DNA of 64,000 bases from Felis catus (lineage: Eukaryota): positions 218,800,001 through 218,864,000 of the forward strand of contig NC_058368.1 of assembly GCF_018350175.1 (NCBI RefSeq). Direction: 5' to 3'. The stretch's first letter is position 1. Each line of letters begins with the position of its first letter. The position numbers and the translations under genes were made by a program. The notes beneath the pieces were generated by a model. The model searched no databases. It was not told the origin of the DNA and saw nothing but the letters and a program-made list of their open reading frames with translations. Below, one piece after another: positions 11,683-25,811 of this stretch.

Positions 11683-12164
11683 TGCTTTAGTATTTAAATT
11701 AGAATATTTTATTGATTAGAAATGCTTATTTTCTATATTCAACATTTTCAAAATTGAAATGTCTTGCAATCAATAGGAGCACATTATACCATAGCTTAAT
11801 TCTCACCTTTTTTCTGTTTCTTAGTGATACATGAAATCATTATGTCTTACAAATTATGACATATAAGATATAATGATACATGTTTTATAAAAGCATTTAC
11901 TATCTATATAATACATGTGCTTGGAAAACAATCCATCTATATATTCTGCCTTTATAAGATATTGATCTAGTGAAGGATAATTACAATCAAGAAAACACAA
12001 TGTGCTCAGATGACTATGCCTGTAGAATAATGCAATAAAATCATTTTAAAGGATAGGTGGTTGTCTGTGGGTTCTATTAATATGTGAACACATGCAGAAA
12101 AAACATGCATACTTATTAACCCTTGAAAACTCCAAATATATACTAGATATTATCCTACTATTTT

Positions 12165-12373
12165 TTAAAAAAACTTTAATGTTTATTTTTGATAGAGAGA
12201 GACAGAGCATGAGCGGGGCAGGGCAGAGAGAGAGGGAGACACAGAATCCGAAACAGGCTCCAGGCTCTGAGCTGTCAGCACAGAGCCTGACACGGGGTTC
12301 GAACTCACACAACGCAAGATCATGACCTGAGTTGAAGTCGGATGCTCAGCCAACGAAGCCACCCAGGCGCCCC
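12165..12373 (-). mobile_element. Can-SINE, antisense
   Basis: Perfect TSD tatcctactatttt at 12151-12164 and 12374-12387. Confidence 0.97.
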
Positions 12374-12958
12374 TATCCTACTATTTTAAAAACTAATACA
12401 TGAAGCAATTCTATTTAAGAGAAATATATAGTACTGAGAATCTAATAATGTAATGACAATCCTCCTGATGAGACATATACATTTATTTTTAGAGATTTTG
12501 AGGTGTTTTAAATTTTCATAGACAATATTCCAATATACTTCAACTCTTGCCAATATTCTGGGGGGAATAGCATTTTGTCCCTCTCTGAACTACTTATTGT
12601 ATTTGATAATCTGCCCCTATTTCCTGTTTCCCTCCCGTATAGATTTCTTTATTGGTTCATTATACTATAATTTATTTTAGTGCCATACCTCTTTTATTAT
12701 TAATTTTTATATTTGTCCTAGTTGCTTATTTTTTATCAACTTTACATTTATATTTGTCAATCATATACACATTGAAATTATATGACTAGAAATTCAAAAA
12801 CCCTGATATTTGAGCTATTCACAAACCATTACATCAGGTAAGTCTCAATATCAAGGTTTTCAAATTTCTTGACTGTGTAAGCGAGGGTGAAATTCCTTGC
12901 TTTAATCCGTCTTTGGCATGTTTCACATTTTGTTTCCTACATTAAAAACTATTTCTTA

Positions 12959-13140
12959 GGGACTCTTGGGTAGCTCAGTTGGTTAAGCGCCCAAGTCTTG
13001 ATTTTGGCTTAGGTCATGATCTCACACTTTGTGAGACTGAGCCCTGCGCCTGGCTTTGGAGTTCTGCATTGACAGCTTGGAACCTCCTTGGGATTCTTTC
13101 TTTCCCTCTCTCCCTGCCCCTCCCTGACTTGCACTCATGT

Positions 13141-13189
<49 letters not shown>

Positions 13190-13220
13190 TTCTATCAAAA
13201 TAAATAAATAAGCATTAAAA
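12959..13220 (+). mobile_element. Can-SINE with an expanded (CT)n tract
   Basis: gggactcttgggtagctcagttggttaagcg head, (CT)n at 13143-13190, AATAAA tail. Confidence 0.93.
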
Positions 13221-13442
13221 AATTTTCTTTACCATTGTGTTTTATTTTTACTACTTAAAAAGTATAGATTATTTGAACATCAGTAAAAAATTTAAATATT
13301 AGATAAGGTATTGCCAATAATATTTTTGCTGTTCTTTAGAATAATATCTATAAAAAGCCAAATGGATAGCTATACTACAATCTCAACTATTCTTTTCCTT
13401 TAATTGAAATACCAATTATTTCCAAATTTCCAAATTCAATAG

Positions 13443-13768
13443 ACTAGTGCCTGGCAATCTTCTTAAATGGCCAGATACAAAATGCATTAATTCAAGTGCT
13501 ATGTAGTTTCTGTCTCATCTATTTCGTTGTGCTGCTGTACCTCAAAATCAGCCATAAGTGCATATGTATGCATTCCAATAAAATTTTATTTATAGGGTGC
13601 CTGGGTGGCTCAGTCAGTTAAGCTTCCAGCTCTTGATGTCTGCTCGGGTCATGATCTTGCAGTTCTGGGATTGTGCTCTGAGTCGGCTCTGTGCTGACAG
13701 TGCAGAGACTGATTGGGATTCTCTCTCTCCCTCTCTCTCTGTCTCTGCCCCTCTCATGAGCACATGTG

Positions 13769-13827
<59 letters not shown>

Positions 13828-13911
13828 TCTTTCACAAAAGTAAATAAACTTAAAGAATTTTGTTTATAAAAACAGATGTCAGTCCCATGGGCCACAGTTT
13901 GCCTACCTTTG
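13443..13911 (+). mobile_element. MER58A-like hAT/Charlie DNA-transposon fossil, split by a SINE
   Basis: ggcaa...ggccagata...cagccata...ttccaataaaattttattta[SINE]aaaacag...gggccacagtttgcctacc matches the recalled MER58A layout. Confidence 0.75.
13595..13855 (+). mobile_element. Can-SINE inserted in MER58A
   Basis: TSD aatttt(a/g)tttata at 13582-13594 and 13856-13868; long (CT)n at 13771-13830. Confidence 0.95.
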
Positions 13912-14415
13912 AAAAAGCCAGTTATTGGTTTTATTTTTTTTTTGACCTTTGTTTTTCTGAAAATAAAATGGTGTTTTGACTGCTCATTTCTTCATAAAGC
14001 CTGTGTACTTTAACATTAGTACCATTTACCTAGTACTTGAATAAAATAAAATATAAATTTGTGCTTGTTTTTGCTAGATTTACTCAGTCCATTTCTTGAA
14101 AGGTAATTCTAAGACTGCATATAGCTACATAATTTTAATTTTGTTTTGTAGTCATGATTATGAAACTTAGAACTTCTGCCAAAATTGTATTCCTGAATTC
14201 CACCATTAAATATTCTTTTACTTATTATATGTAATCTTACAAAAACTTTAAGTTTAATAATATTCAATCTTAAGTGATTTCGCCCAAGCCTTCTCAAAAT
14301 TAGAACTTAAGTAAGCACGACATTTTCATTGATCTCTTACCTAAATTAGAAACAGGGTTCTTGCTAGATCCTCTCTTGCCTTGAAATATTGCATTGAACC
14401 AATGACAAAGAACTT

Positions 14416-14620
14416 TTAATTTTTTTTAACGTTTATTTATTTTTGAGAGAGAGCATGAGTTGGGGACGGTCAGAGAGAGAGGGAGACACAGAACTGGAAG
14501 CAGGCTCCAGGCTCTGAGCTGTCAGCACAGAGCCTGACGCGGGGCTCATACTCACAGATGGCGAGATCATGACCTGAGCCGAAGTCGGACGCTTAACCGA
14601 CTGAGCCACCCAGGTGCCCC
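14416..14620 (-). mobile_element. Can-SINE, antisense
   Basis: Perfect 15-bp TSD aatgacaaagaactt at 14401-14415 and 14621-14635. Confidence 0.98.
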
Positions 14621-14739
14621 AATGACAAAGAACTTCTATTCCTATTTCCTAAATATTTTGCTCACATTTTTTGTACTTATATTTTTTCTGGTTAAAGAAC
14701 TCCTAATTTATTTGATAAACTCACACTATCATTCCTAAC

Positions 14740-15310
14740 TCTAGCACCATCTCCCTCAGCATCATCCACTGTGCTACTGCTAGACATACTTGATCAGATC
14801 ACTCATTTTTATAACCTGCATTTACCTTTATAACTTACATAATGATCTAATTTCTTACCTTTGTACAAAGAGCTCTTAATGACCTGAAGGTTTTTTAACT
14901 CTCTTACCTGTCTAGTTGTGTTTTCCCTCACATACTCTTCCACTTTCCATCTACCAATACTAAAAATAACGGTTGTTCATTCTCTTTCATTTTTCTGGGC
15001 ATATGCTAATTTAACCTCAGATGTCTTCCTCTACATACCCATATTAACAGCTCTTACTCATTTCTTAACTGCGTAGAACTTTTAAATATTCTGAAAAGTA
15101 TTTCCTACTGTTTCATTTTATCCACTTATACACTTGTACATTTTAATCTATTTTCATCATTTTCATTATTTAAATCTGTACATTATACTATAATATTCTG
15201 TAATGTATTTGTTTCTCATTAGGATCTCAAACTCTTATGGATGGAACACTGCATGTAATAAAACTCCAAATATAATAGGCAGGTAGTATATTTTTTTAAA
15301 TGGTTAAATT
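14740..15310 (+). mobile_element. Decayed L2 3' fragment
   Basis: C/T-rich, with L2-like motifs (gatcagatcactc...cttaccttt...tacaaagagctc...gacctg). Confidence 0.45.
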
Positions 15311-16688
15311 AAATAAAAGAAAAGTGAAAGACAACTGTTGGAAAGAATAAATGGATGAGGGAGGAATAGAATCTTTTATTACATTTTTGGAAAAGATTCT
15401 ATACATTTTATTATACTTCATTTTCATTCAAAATTAAACTTTTATGTTATTTGAGCTCTGCCCTTGACCTTACTTCTCCTCTTTTAGGATAGATACATTA
15501 ATTTCTTAGTACAGTACATACAATAAAATTTTATTTCCAATTTCCTATGTAAGGAAAAAAATATGACAAACATACTTTTATGCATCTAACAAATATGAAT
15601 CAAATGCTTTCAGTTTATAAGGAAAATCAGGACCTTATGTTGTAAGGTGATAAATACTCACTGTTAGACATACATTAAATAACTTTTGGTAATTTTGAAT
15701 ATGTCCTAAGAATACCATTAAGCAATGTCCATATATTAAAGTCAATTGATGAATGCATAAACACATTTTAAGTGAAAAATCTGGCCTATTATTATTTTTA
15801 TTCAATTGAGTATATATCTTAGCATATTCTCTAATATAAATAGTACAGTTTATATATTTGTTTATATACTAATATTTATATATGGGCATATGGTTGCTAT
15901 AGGCAGACCATCTTTCACAGCAGGATGGGTTTTCACATTGGTGTTTTTTGGCTATGTTTAGTCGTGGACCCATTTGTTCAAACCAAAATCTTACTTAAAA
16001 GACCAATATCAAACAATCCAATAAAAAGAAAAAAAGTAGATATGCTCTGTTTGAAATGGAGGTCAGGGCTCAGAGATACATCTGCCAGGAGCACAGCTCT
16101 CAATTCACTGGTTAACAAATAAGGAAAAATGCAGGCACTATTAAAATATCTGCATTTAGGTCTCTGGTGCTTACCCTGTTTTTGTTTTGTGCTGTTTTAG
16201 GTTCATTACCCATGGGTAGAGTAAATTGCTTAGAGAATACTTTTCTGATTGCCTTGGGGTGACAAGAATTGGATTAGAGGTATTAAAAAGATTGTATCAG
16301 TAATAATTTCTGTCTAACAGTTATATTTCCCTCATTAAAAAATTGAATTCAATATCACTCTCTTTTAGAAGGATATGTTAATTTCCCTATTATAATTAGT
16401 ATTTCTATATGTGAAATAACCACAAGAGACATATTTCATTATTTATCTTATCATAAAAATTTGAACTGCTGATGATTACTGTAGCCTTTATAGCGGTAAG
16501 ATATGTAATATTTTGTTGAGAATTAAATATAAAACACAAATACTGCAAACTTTTCAATCTTTCCTTTTCTAAAGAATGAATATTTGATGGTTTCAATAAA
16601 GATGACATTCAACTAACACTCCTAAAAACAACTCGGGATCCATTCATACACATTGCTTAATGAATTCATCTCCTTAAAAAATATTCTT

Positions 16689-16899
16689 GGGGCGCCTGGG
16701 TGGCTCAGTTGGTTAAGCGTCCGACCTCGGCTCAGGTCATGATCTCACCGTCTATGAGTTCGAGCCCCGCGTCGGGCTCTGTGCTGACAGCTCAGAGCCT
16801 GGAGCCTGTTTTGGACTCTGTGTCTCCCTCTCTCTCTGCCCCTCCCCCGCTCGCACTCTGTCTCTCTCTCTCTCAGAAATAAATAAATTAAAAAAATTA
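16689..16899 (+). mobile_element. Felid Can-SINE
   Basis: CpG-rich body. TSD aaaaaatattctt at 16676-16688 and 16900-16912. Confidence 0.98.
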
Positions 16900-17474
16900 A
16901 AAAAATATTCTTGAAGGTTGATAATTCCAAACTCTCTGTTTTACGTAGATAGATAAATGATAGGTAGGTAGGTAGGTAGATGGTAGAGGAAGAGAGAGAG
17001 ATAAAGATATAAGATACACAAAAAGTATATACTGTATATTCTTTGCTTTTTTTGGTATGTTTTATTTTCTATGTATATATGCCTAAGGAAGCATGTTGTT
17101 TGATTTTATATGTCTTTATAAAGCTGCCACGCTTTTAATATAGTCCTTTGTAACTTCTTGATTCAGTATTATATTTAGGAGATTCATCAATGTGGATCCT
17201 TTTAATTGAAAGTAATTTAACCTCAAAGCTATAACGTCTACCTTTGTTCAAATATTACCCAATTCACTTAGTTGTTTTTTTGTGTGTATGTGCATGTAGT
17301 AAGTGGTATTTAAGTTTTTTGGATAGTTTTTCTTTTAAAATCACTGTCATCAGAAGTAATCTTTATATGTTAAATCACATCCATGTGCATCAATTTTTTG
17401 GGGAAATATTTCTAACTTTTGAAATAACCAGCACAAGGTCATGTCAGATGATGAAAAATATCTTGACATATTAG

Positions 17475-17650
17475 CTAACTTTATAACTTCTGATGAGCTG
17501 CTTATCCTCTCTATGTTACAGTTCCTGCTTAAATAGGGAGCATTAAAATGCCAGATTTACAGGTTTCTGGAGAATTAAATTCCTTAGATCACTGGTTGTC
17601 ACAGTTAAGTATTCAGTGAACTTTAGTGATAAGAATAATATTTATTATTA
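17475..17650 (+). mobile_element. MIR fragment
   Basis: gcttatcctctctatgttacagttcctg...ggagaattaaat...agtattcagtgaactttag resembles the MIR core and 3' end. Confidence 0.5.
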
Positions 17651-17899
17651 CTATTTTAGTATTACGTAACTGGAATGTATTATCAGTAATATAATTACCA
17701 CTCTATATCTTATATAGATATATCTATGTTATATCTTTTAATATATAAGATTACATATTATATACCAATTGTATAAAATATTTTAATACATAATGTTACA
17801 TATTATATATCAATTGTATAATATTAGCTATAAAATAATTACCAATGCTATTGCATAGTTATATTTTATATTTTATTCTTATAATTTACTCAGAACCGA

Positions 17900-20000
17900 T
17901 GATTGTTAATGACATGAATTACAGTCCATTTTTTCTCATTTGGCTAAATCTACACCCCAACACCAGTTAGTAACCTGTCAGGCAAACTTGCCCCATTTAT
18001 CTGCAATGCCATTCCTGCCATTTTTCAATTTGTTTTTCAATTTGTGTAGGCCTATTTTTGTTCTCTACACTTGCATTCATTATCTTTTTCTTATTCCATT
18101 AATTTAGTTCTTCTTTAATATATTCAAAGACGTGTTATTATTTTTACCGTAAAATACAAATTAATTTAGCTTAGTTCCTAAATATCTTATATTTACATAT
18201 TGTGTATATTAAGTAAATACTTAAATAAATAATGAACCTATATCTAGCAATATTGTTACTCTCACTTACATGTTCTAATTGTTTCTATTCTGCATTTCTT
18301 TTCAAGAAAACCATATATGGGGCACCTGGGTGGCTCAGTTGGTTGAGCGTCTGAGTTCGGCTCAGGTCGTGATCTCATGGTTCGTGGGTTCCAGCCCTTC
18401 GTCAGGCTCTGTGCTGACAGCTGGAGCCTGTTTTGGATTTGGTTCTCCTCTCTCTGCCGCTCCCCCGTTCATGCTCGCACTCTCTTTCTCTGTCTGTCTC
18501 TCAGGAAAAATAAATGTAAAAAAATCCATATATCATTTGTGAACAGAAGTAGCATTTTTCTGTCTTGTTTCTATGAATTTTATTTTATTTTCTCATCTGC
18601 ATAGACCTTGCTCTCAGACACACTGCCAGATGGAAATAATTATATCTCATTTCTGATTTTAAATGGAATATTGTAAACCATTCTTTAACGTTTGTTATAG
18701 GTTTTTGGAAAATATCCTTTATGAGAGCAGAGCGTTATTCTCTATTTCCAGTTTGCTGAACATAGGTATAATAAACAGGTGTTGAAGTTTATTGATTGTT
18801 TTATCCTCCCATTATAATGATGACTTTTTTTTCCCCTTTAGTTAGCTGATATGGTGAATTTAACTTATATTATTCAAATGGCAAGCAAAACTTATATCCC
18901 TGGAGTAAAATCAATTGGATACAATGAATTTTTCCTTATACAGTATTAGACATGTTTAGCTACTGTTTTGTATGGTAATTTTCCATTCATACTTTATATG
19001 AGGTTAGTCTATACATTTTCTAGCTTGTATCTTTTTGGTTATCAAAATTATGCCTACTTCACAAGGTGAGTTGAAATGTTCCTCTTATTTCCAATATTTA
19101 GGAAAAGAATATTAAGTTTAATATAAAACATTTATTTTTTAATATGTGACAGAACATGCCTCTCTTAGTGAAATGTTTTCTTTATAATCATTTTTGACAT
19201 GTAAGACAGGGTTTGTATTTATAAATTATTAATTGTAGGATTCTTTATATAGATTCAACTTATTAAATCTTTTATATTATTAGTTAATTTTTTGGTTGGT
19301 TCCATCCATCTATTTCAGAAAGAAATTTGTCACTGGTTATCAGTGTTACTGATACTAACTTGTGTTACTCTTCAGATATTTGGTTCCTACACTGTTTCTC
19401 TTGGTTGCTCTTTCATACAGATTTGTCTGCCCACATTTGGATATGGAGGGAGTGCCTAATTGTGGGCATAGAATCTTGCTACTTGTTTTAAATGAGGAGC
19501 CTAATGAAACACTTGTGGAAATGGTTGTCATGGTTGTTTAGAAGAATGTTGTTTAATTTTTAAATATTTGGATTTTCCAGAATTTTACTTTTGTTGATAC
19601 CTGGTTTTATTCTGTTTTGGTCAAAGAACACTCTCTGTATAATTTCACCCATTTTAAATTTGTAGAATGCAATTTCATGGTTCTATTTGTGTCTTTTGTC
19701 ATTTTTATTTGACTTCCTGTGTACATTTGAAAATAAATGTTTGCTCTGTAGTTTCTGGCTTTAAGTTTTACAAATGACAAGTATGGCAAGCTATTGAGAT
19801 CGTTGTTTTTAATTTTTTTTATATATATTCTTTCTCTTTGGCTTTCTAGTTCCTTTAATTATGAAAAGAGGGATATTTTAATCTTCCAGCTCAGCTATAA
19901 TTGTGGATTTGTCTATTTCTCTTACTTTTTTGCTTCATAAATTTTGAAATTCTGTTATTAGGGTCCACAAACATTGAAGATTACGATATCTTCTGAATTA
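17900..20000 (-). mobile_element. Ancient L1M ORF2 fossil, antisense
   Basis: Antisense L1 motifs (ttctctatttccagtttgctga; tctgttttggtcaaagaacactctctgtataatttc; ataattgtggatttgtctatttct). Confidence 0.65.
18319..18521 (+). mobile_element. Can-SINE inside the old L1
   Basis: TSD aaa(a/t)ccatatat at 18307-18318 and 18522-18533. Confidence 0.96.
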
Positions 20001-21111
20001 TTTGACTCTATTGTCATTATGCCAAAAACAACTGTGGCCATTCCTTGACACTTGTAAATTGTGTTAATTCTTCAGAAGTACTGCATCTGAGCAAAAATAC
20101 TTCCTCACAAACAGTCCATTATTATATATTTTTAAAACTTTTTAAAAAATTTGCCCCTGTTTATCACATTATATGTCATTGCCTTCTCCTTTGTCTTTAG
20201 TCTATACGACTCATTCTTGCAGACCTGGATTTGAAACTACCAATGAAATCATTAGAACTTGAATACTTTCTCAGGTTCTCCTTTCTAGTGACCTAAGTCA
20301 ATATTAAGGGGTTGGAAGAATCCCTGAAATACTGTAAGTGCTGCCCAAGCATATGTTGTTATCATTATTAGCATTAGCATTGTTTGTAGTACAATTTATT
20401 GATCTATTTTTGTCTAATTACCTTTTTTCTAACCTTTCACCTTTTGACAAGAAAATATTTTTACAATTTGTATTTTTCTATGATTTAACTTTGTTCCTTC
20501 TGATTACTTTGCTTAAGGCATTTCTCTTTTTTAGAGACCATATAGATGATTTCAATGTTTTTGGCTTCTTTGTTGATTTTGTAATCAGACCTGACAGTTT
20601 TTCTAATTCTTTTATTTAAGTTTACTCACTTTTACTTTGATATGGGCATATATTTACACATTACTATGTATTTTATATACAATAAAATACACATTTTGTA
20701 CTTTAATCAGAGTACTTTAAAATTTCTATTCATCTTCACATGTCCAATTCAAATATTGGTTCTTCTATGAAGGTGCCCTGGCTATTCTTTCCCTTGGTTA
20801 TGTGGACTTTGTTCTCTTGACGTAGCTCTCTCTATATATGTGTAGATACATGTATACTTTACTGGCTTCTTTTATATATACTGATTATACTGAGTTTATT
20901 AAAATCAATCAATTTCCCTTTCCTAGTTCATAAATTTTGCTTCCTCTATTTCTCTTCTGTTCGTGGTTTTTACCTAAAACTCTGACAAGCCTACTTAAGC
21001 GAGTCTATTCCTTATTCCAAACATAAAGCTGTGTAAGGACTGCAGAAAACTTAAATCTAACTGCTAGCCTCATTGCTTAATTTTCTCCAGTATTTTAATT
21101 CTCTAATATTT

Positions 21112-21294
21112 TTTAAAATGTTTATTCTTGAGAAAGAGAAAGAGTGTGAGTGGGGGAAGGGCAGAGAGAGAGGAAAACAAAGGATCCAAAGTGGGCTCTG
21201 CAACAGCAAAATGCGGGGCTCGAACTCATGAACTGCAAGATCATGACCGGAGCAGAAGTCAGATGCTTAACCGACTGAGCCGTCCAGGTGGCCC
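21112..21294 (-). mobile_element. Can-SINE, antisense
   Basis: TSD aattctctaatattttt at 21097 and 21295. Confidence 0.94.
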
Positions 21295-22021
21295 AATTCT
21301 CTAATATTTTTGGTTTCTGTTTATTTTATATTGCTACTACTACAGTTACTACTATTTTACAGTCAAAATTATATTATCTACATAACTATTGCCTTATTCT
21401 TCATTTTATTTGCATACCAGATCTTATTTTCTGGATCCTTTTCTCTCTTGCTGATGTATGCATTTAAAATTTTGTGTGTAGGGATGGATGTGTGCAATGG
21501 TTTGTTAACTGTAAAATCTTTCTGATCTGGTTTGAATAAAAATTCAATTTTGGCCCTTAAGTGAATTAGCTTTAAAAAAGTTTATAGTTTTATTTTTTGT
21601 GTTTAATCAATTACCTTACACTTCAGAGATTGTTCTTTGTGACTGATTTTATCCCTTGTGCCATTTCAAATTATGTGTAAATTTGGTTTCTCTTCTTGTC
21701 TCCCTTATTCCTCAATGAACCTGATATTTATTAATTTTATTACTTTTCTCAATTATAATATTGTTTCTTTATCTGGAACCTTCAAATTTTATCTAAGTCA
21801 GTTCTTATATTCAGTGATACTTTATAGTAATTCTTAGGTCAAGTATACATCTTTACAATTATAATAAAACCAAATAATTTCTGGCATATTTTTCTCTGGG
21901 AGTAGCTTAGGCTGAAATATATATGATTTCATATGTAGCACTCATTTCCTGTGTTTTCAGGATTTACGTTTGGTTTCTCTATGGACAAAGCCCTTTAAGT
22001 ATTTAGGTCTGTGTGTAATAT

Positions 22022-22290
22022 TTATATCAGTTATTTAGTTCCGTGTAACAAACTAACTCAAATAAAGTGGCTTAAAACAACATTATTCAGGTCAAGTTAT
22101 GTGGATCAGAAAATTGGGCACAACACAGTGGGGTAGCTCTTCTGGTCCCCTGTCAGCACTCTCATGCCACTGAAATCAGCTGTAAGTAAGCAGGGTGCTC
22201 CGTTTTGCTGGCTCTGGCTGGGGTGGCTGGGGAAAGGGCTGGGGACATGAGACTCACTATCTTATGGACCCAGAGGCAGGGATGAATGCA
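22022..22290 (-). mobile_element. Partial MaLR LTR (MLT1H/J-like)
   Basis: tatcagttattt...gtgtaacaaactaactc...agtggcttaaaacaac...gtggatcagaaaattggg. Confidence 0.65.
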
Positions 22291-25200
22291 GCACTTTTTT
22301 TTTTTTTTTTTTTACAAACTGTCTACTACAATATTTTAATCTGAGTGTTTAGTTTAATTGAATTACATTTATGTAAAGTGCTTTGAATAGTACTCTTGGA
22401 GAATTTCTTAAGTGTTTCTCTGTAGCCAAATATTTGAACATTAAGTACTGAAGCTGAGCTTTTTTTCTGAGTTGAAAAATGTACCTTCCTAGTATAAAAC
22501 AATTTATATAAGTATTGTATCGAGTAGAAAGTGAAAATTTACCAGAATACCTCCGCTTAAATGAACAACAGCAACAACAGCAAAAAAGTGTGTTTCTGGA
22601 GAATGTTTGAAATGATTGTCCTTTAAATGGATTCAACTTCAGCGTGTATTGGACCACTACTTGGTGAGCCACCCTGTCTTCCACCAGGGGTGTAAACCCA
22701 CACATTCCATCCAGTTACCTCATAAGGCTTTAATTCCAGCATCTTCTGATGCTCTCTACGTTATGTCTGAGACTCATATACCAAAAAAATGTTAATCATG
22801 AACCACGTATAAAATGGGGAAATATATTATAGTTATTTTAGAAATGAGATAGTTAATTGAAGTTTAGAACTTCCCTTAAGTTCTTGGTACTTGGGAAAGC
22901 CAGGAAAGCCAAGGGCAAGCAAGTCAAGGTTGTCTGTTCCGCTCCCTGATGATAAATACCAACACCCAAATGAGGCAAGCTCTTTAAGAAACTATTTCTT
23001 CATAAGTATACTACAGAGGATAATTAGTTGGTTTTTGAAGGTTGTAAGAATTAGAACTTAGAGAACGTGGCAACTAATACTACTAATGCAGATAATATAA
23101 CATGTGGGAACAAACTGGGACAATCATGTAACTGTGAAAGGAAAACCAAATAATAATTTCACTAAACTTAAGTGGCTTAAAAGGAAACAGTAGGTTGAGC
23201 AAATTTATTGAAATTTTGCCACAAATAAAATGATCTAGTCTTAAGTCAGTAATTAACCAATTTATTTTAATATTTCAGGCAGAAAAAGCATTTAAACAGA
23301 GGAATGTTTTAGTTTAATGAATTTGGCTTTTTTTATGTAACATTTATTCAGATGGGGAAGTTTGTGAATAAGAAGGCTCTTTAGAAGAGGCTCATTATTA
23401 AATGTTATATCATAAAAAATAAGGGAGTGGGAGTGGGTCTAGAAATGAATAAAAATGAATATGCTACATATTAAAGAAAGTGGTATTTTCTTAACTTTAA
23501 TATTTATTCTTAATTTAGTATTTTAAAGAAATTGGCATGGAATATGAGAAAAGAGAATTTTGGGGAAAAAGGCGATATTCAACAGAGAAGAATATTAAGC
23601 TACTCATCCTGTGTGTCTAATGATTGATTAGTTTCTCTTCTAACTTTGCCATCTCTTGTAACTAATAATGCTAAACCTCAGTATCTATATAGAGTCAGCT
23701 GACCTCCTCGCCTTCTCTTTCATCGCTATACTCTAATAACATACCCTATACATCATAAATATTGGACTAATCTATATTATTTGATTATACATTTAAATTC
23801 CATAAGGTAAATCCTATGCCATGTATCACCATGACCCCATACACATTTTCTTCAATATGCATTTTACCAAACTGAACACACCCTATTTGTTGACAGTTTG
23901 GACTTACATTATTGCTAAGAATTTTTTTCCACCCTTCTTCATCTGAAAAAATTCTACTCATCCTCATGGTTCCAATTCAAATATTGCTTCCTTCGTGAAG
24001 GCATCCTCACTATTCTTTCACTCAGTTATCTGGACTCTGGTCTCTTGACATAGTTCTATTATATTGTTTATTGTATTGCAGGATAAATCAATTCTGCAAA
24101 TGTGTTTTCTTTACCCTATGTTTAACCTCCTTCAAAGCAGAAAGGTGGTTTTCTTCGTTTTTATATTTATAGATCATACCTCACAATGTTATTGTGAGAA
24201 TTCTGTGTAAAATATCTAGAAAAGTGTATAACACAGAATCGGATAGATTCTGTTGCTTTAACAAAATACCTGAACACCTCAGCAGCCCCCTGTTTACTGT
24301 GGGTCAGCAAGTTTTACCACCAATGAAGACCCATCTTGACATATGCTTTTAATATTGCAGAGGCAAGGAAAACCTCATGTTAGTTCTTGAAACTTATGGT
24401 GGTAAGTCAGGAAAGCCATTTCCAATGGAATTAATATCTAGCAATAATGAGCTAGGTTTGATTGTGGAGGTGACATATTGATATTTCTTATTATTTATGC
24501 TGTATGTTGTTAGTTGCATAGCTACATATTGAGGTGTACTGTGTAGAGACTGGATAGCAAATTTGGAGGAAACAATAAATAATTTAAAGAATCAGAAGAT
24601 AAAATGATGCTTTGAATAAAGGACATAGATTATTATTTTATCTTATGATTGTATTCTCAGTTGATCTGCCTTTGTACCAAGGGATAAATCATGTGCATCT
24701 GCTGTTTGTATATCTTAAAATGTTGCTCTTCCTAATGCATAATAAATACATTTATCTTTTCATGTCTTATGATTGCAAAACTAAACAGTAGTTTATGTTA
24801 CAAGTGAGTTAGCATGAGAAATATATTTTGATTCATGAGAGAGTTCATGAATATTGTTAATAAGTATAACACACAGTAATTACTCTGATAATTCCAAGTA
24901 AAGAATCTAGCACTATACTCCTCTGGAGAAAAAGATCTACTCTTAAGAAATGCAAGCATGTGAGATTTATTGATCAGATAAAGTTTTGCCAAATATGCAA
25001 AACTTGAAAAGATCTTTTCTGTGGTAGAGTCATTGTAGGCACAGTATTAAAGAATACTTTTAAGAACAATTCTTAAAATTGAAGTCAGTTATTAACACCT
25101 GAATAACCATGGTAACACGGTGATAGCACTTAGGAGAACATAAAGAGTAGAATAAAAGAAAATTGTATTTAAAATGCATGCATTTCAATGAGAACAACTT

Positions 25201-25507
25201 TGCTTATCAGCGTTTTCCAATAAAGCTTATTATTGCGCTTTAACTTTTGTATACAACATCACATGGCATTCCTTGTAAGTAAATAAAATAACAAACCAGT
25301 AAGGCAGTATGCAATAGTTTTTATATATTCAATCATTGGAGCATTACACTTGGAAGACACATAACCCGTGACATCCTTCCTCTAAGTAGATACATGCTCT
25401 TAATATACTAATACTCTATGGCCTTTTGAGCAACTAGGCTTTCAAAAGTATGATACACAGTACTCTAAAATCTCATTTAAATGTAAGCATCATTAAAATG
25501 CAAATAC

Positions 25508-25510
25508 ATA

Positions 25511-25552
<42 letters not shown>

Positions 25553-25572
25553 TATACACTTATATATGTATA
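25508..25572. repeat. Imperfect (TA)n repeat
   Basis: TA-rich run. Confidence 0.9.
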
Positions 25573-25811
25573 TTTTTAAATAAGATATGGGATGAGTATA
25601 GCACTTCTCACTTGAATCTCCTAGATTTCAATTCTCTTGATTTTGGCCTTTAAATAATTTTATCTCAGTAACCAGTTCAGTAACTTTACTTTTTTCATCA
25701 ATTTTTAGTTCCCTTTATTTTTAACGGAAAAGTGACTTAGTGTATATGAAATATAGGAAATAGGAAAATAGAAAATATATTTGCTACAACAGTAAATATT
25801 AAAATAAAATT

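Noticed and set aside
12830..12845. Consensus splice donor CAG|GTAAGT
   Set aside because: It lies in MIR-like decayed sequence with no good upstream acceptor.
22712..22790. Minus-strand 48-nt exon candidate (cag|...gag|gtaact)
   Set aside because: Stop codons in all three frames.
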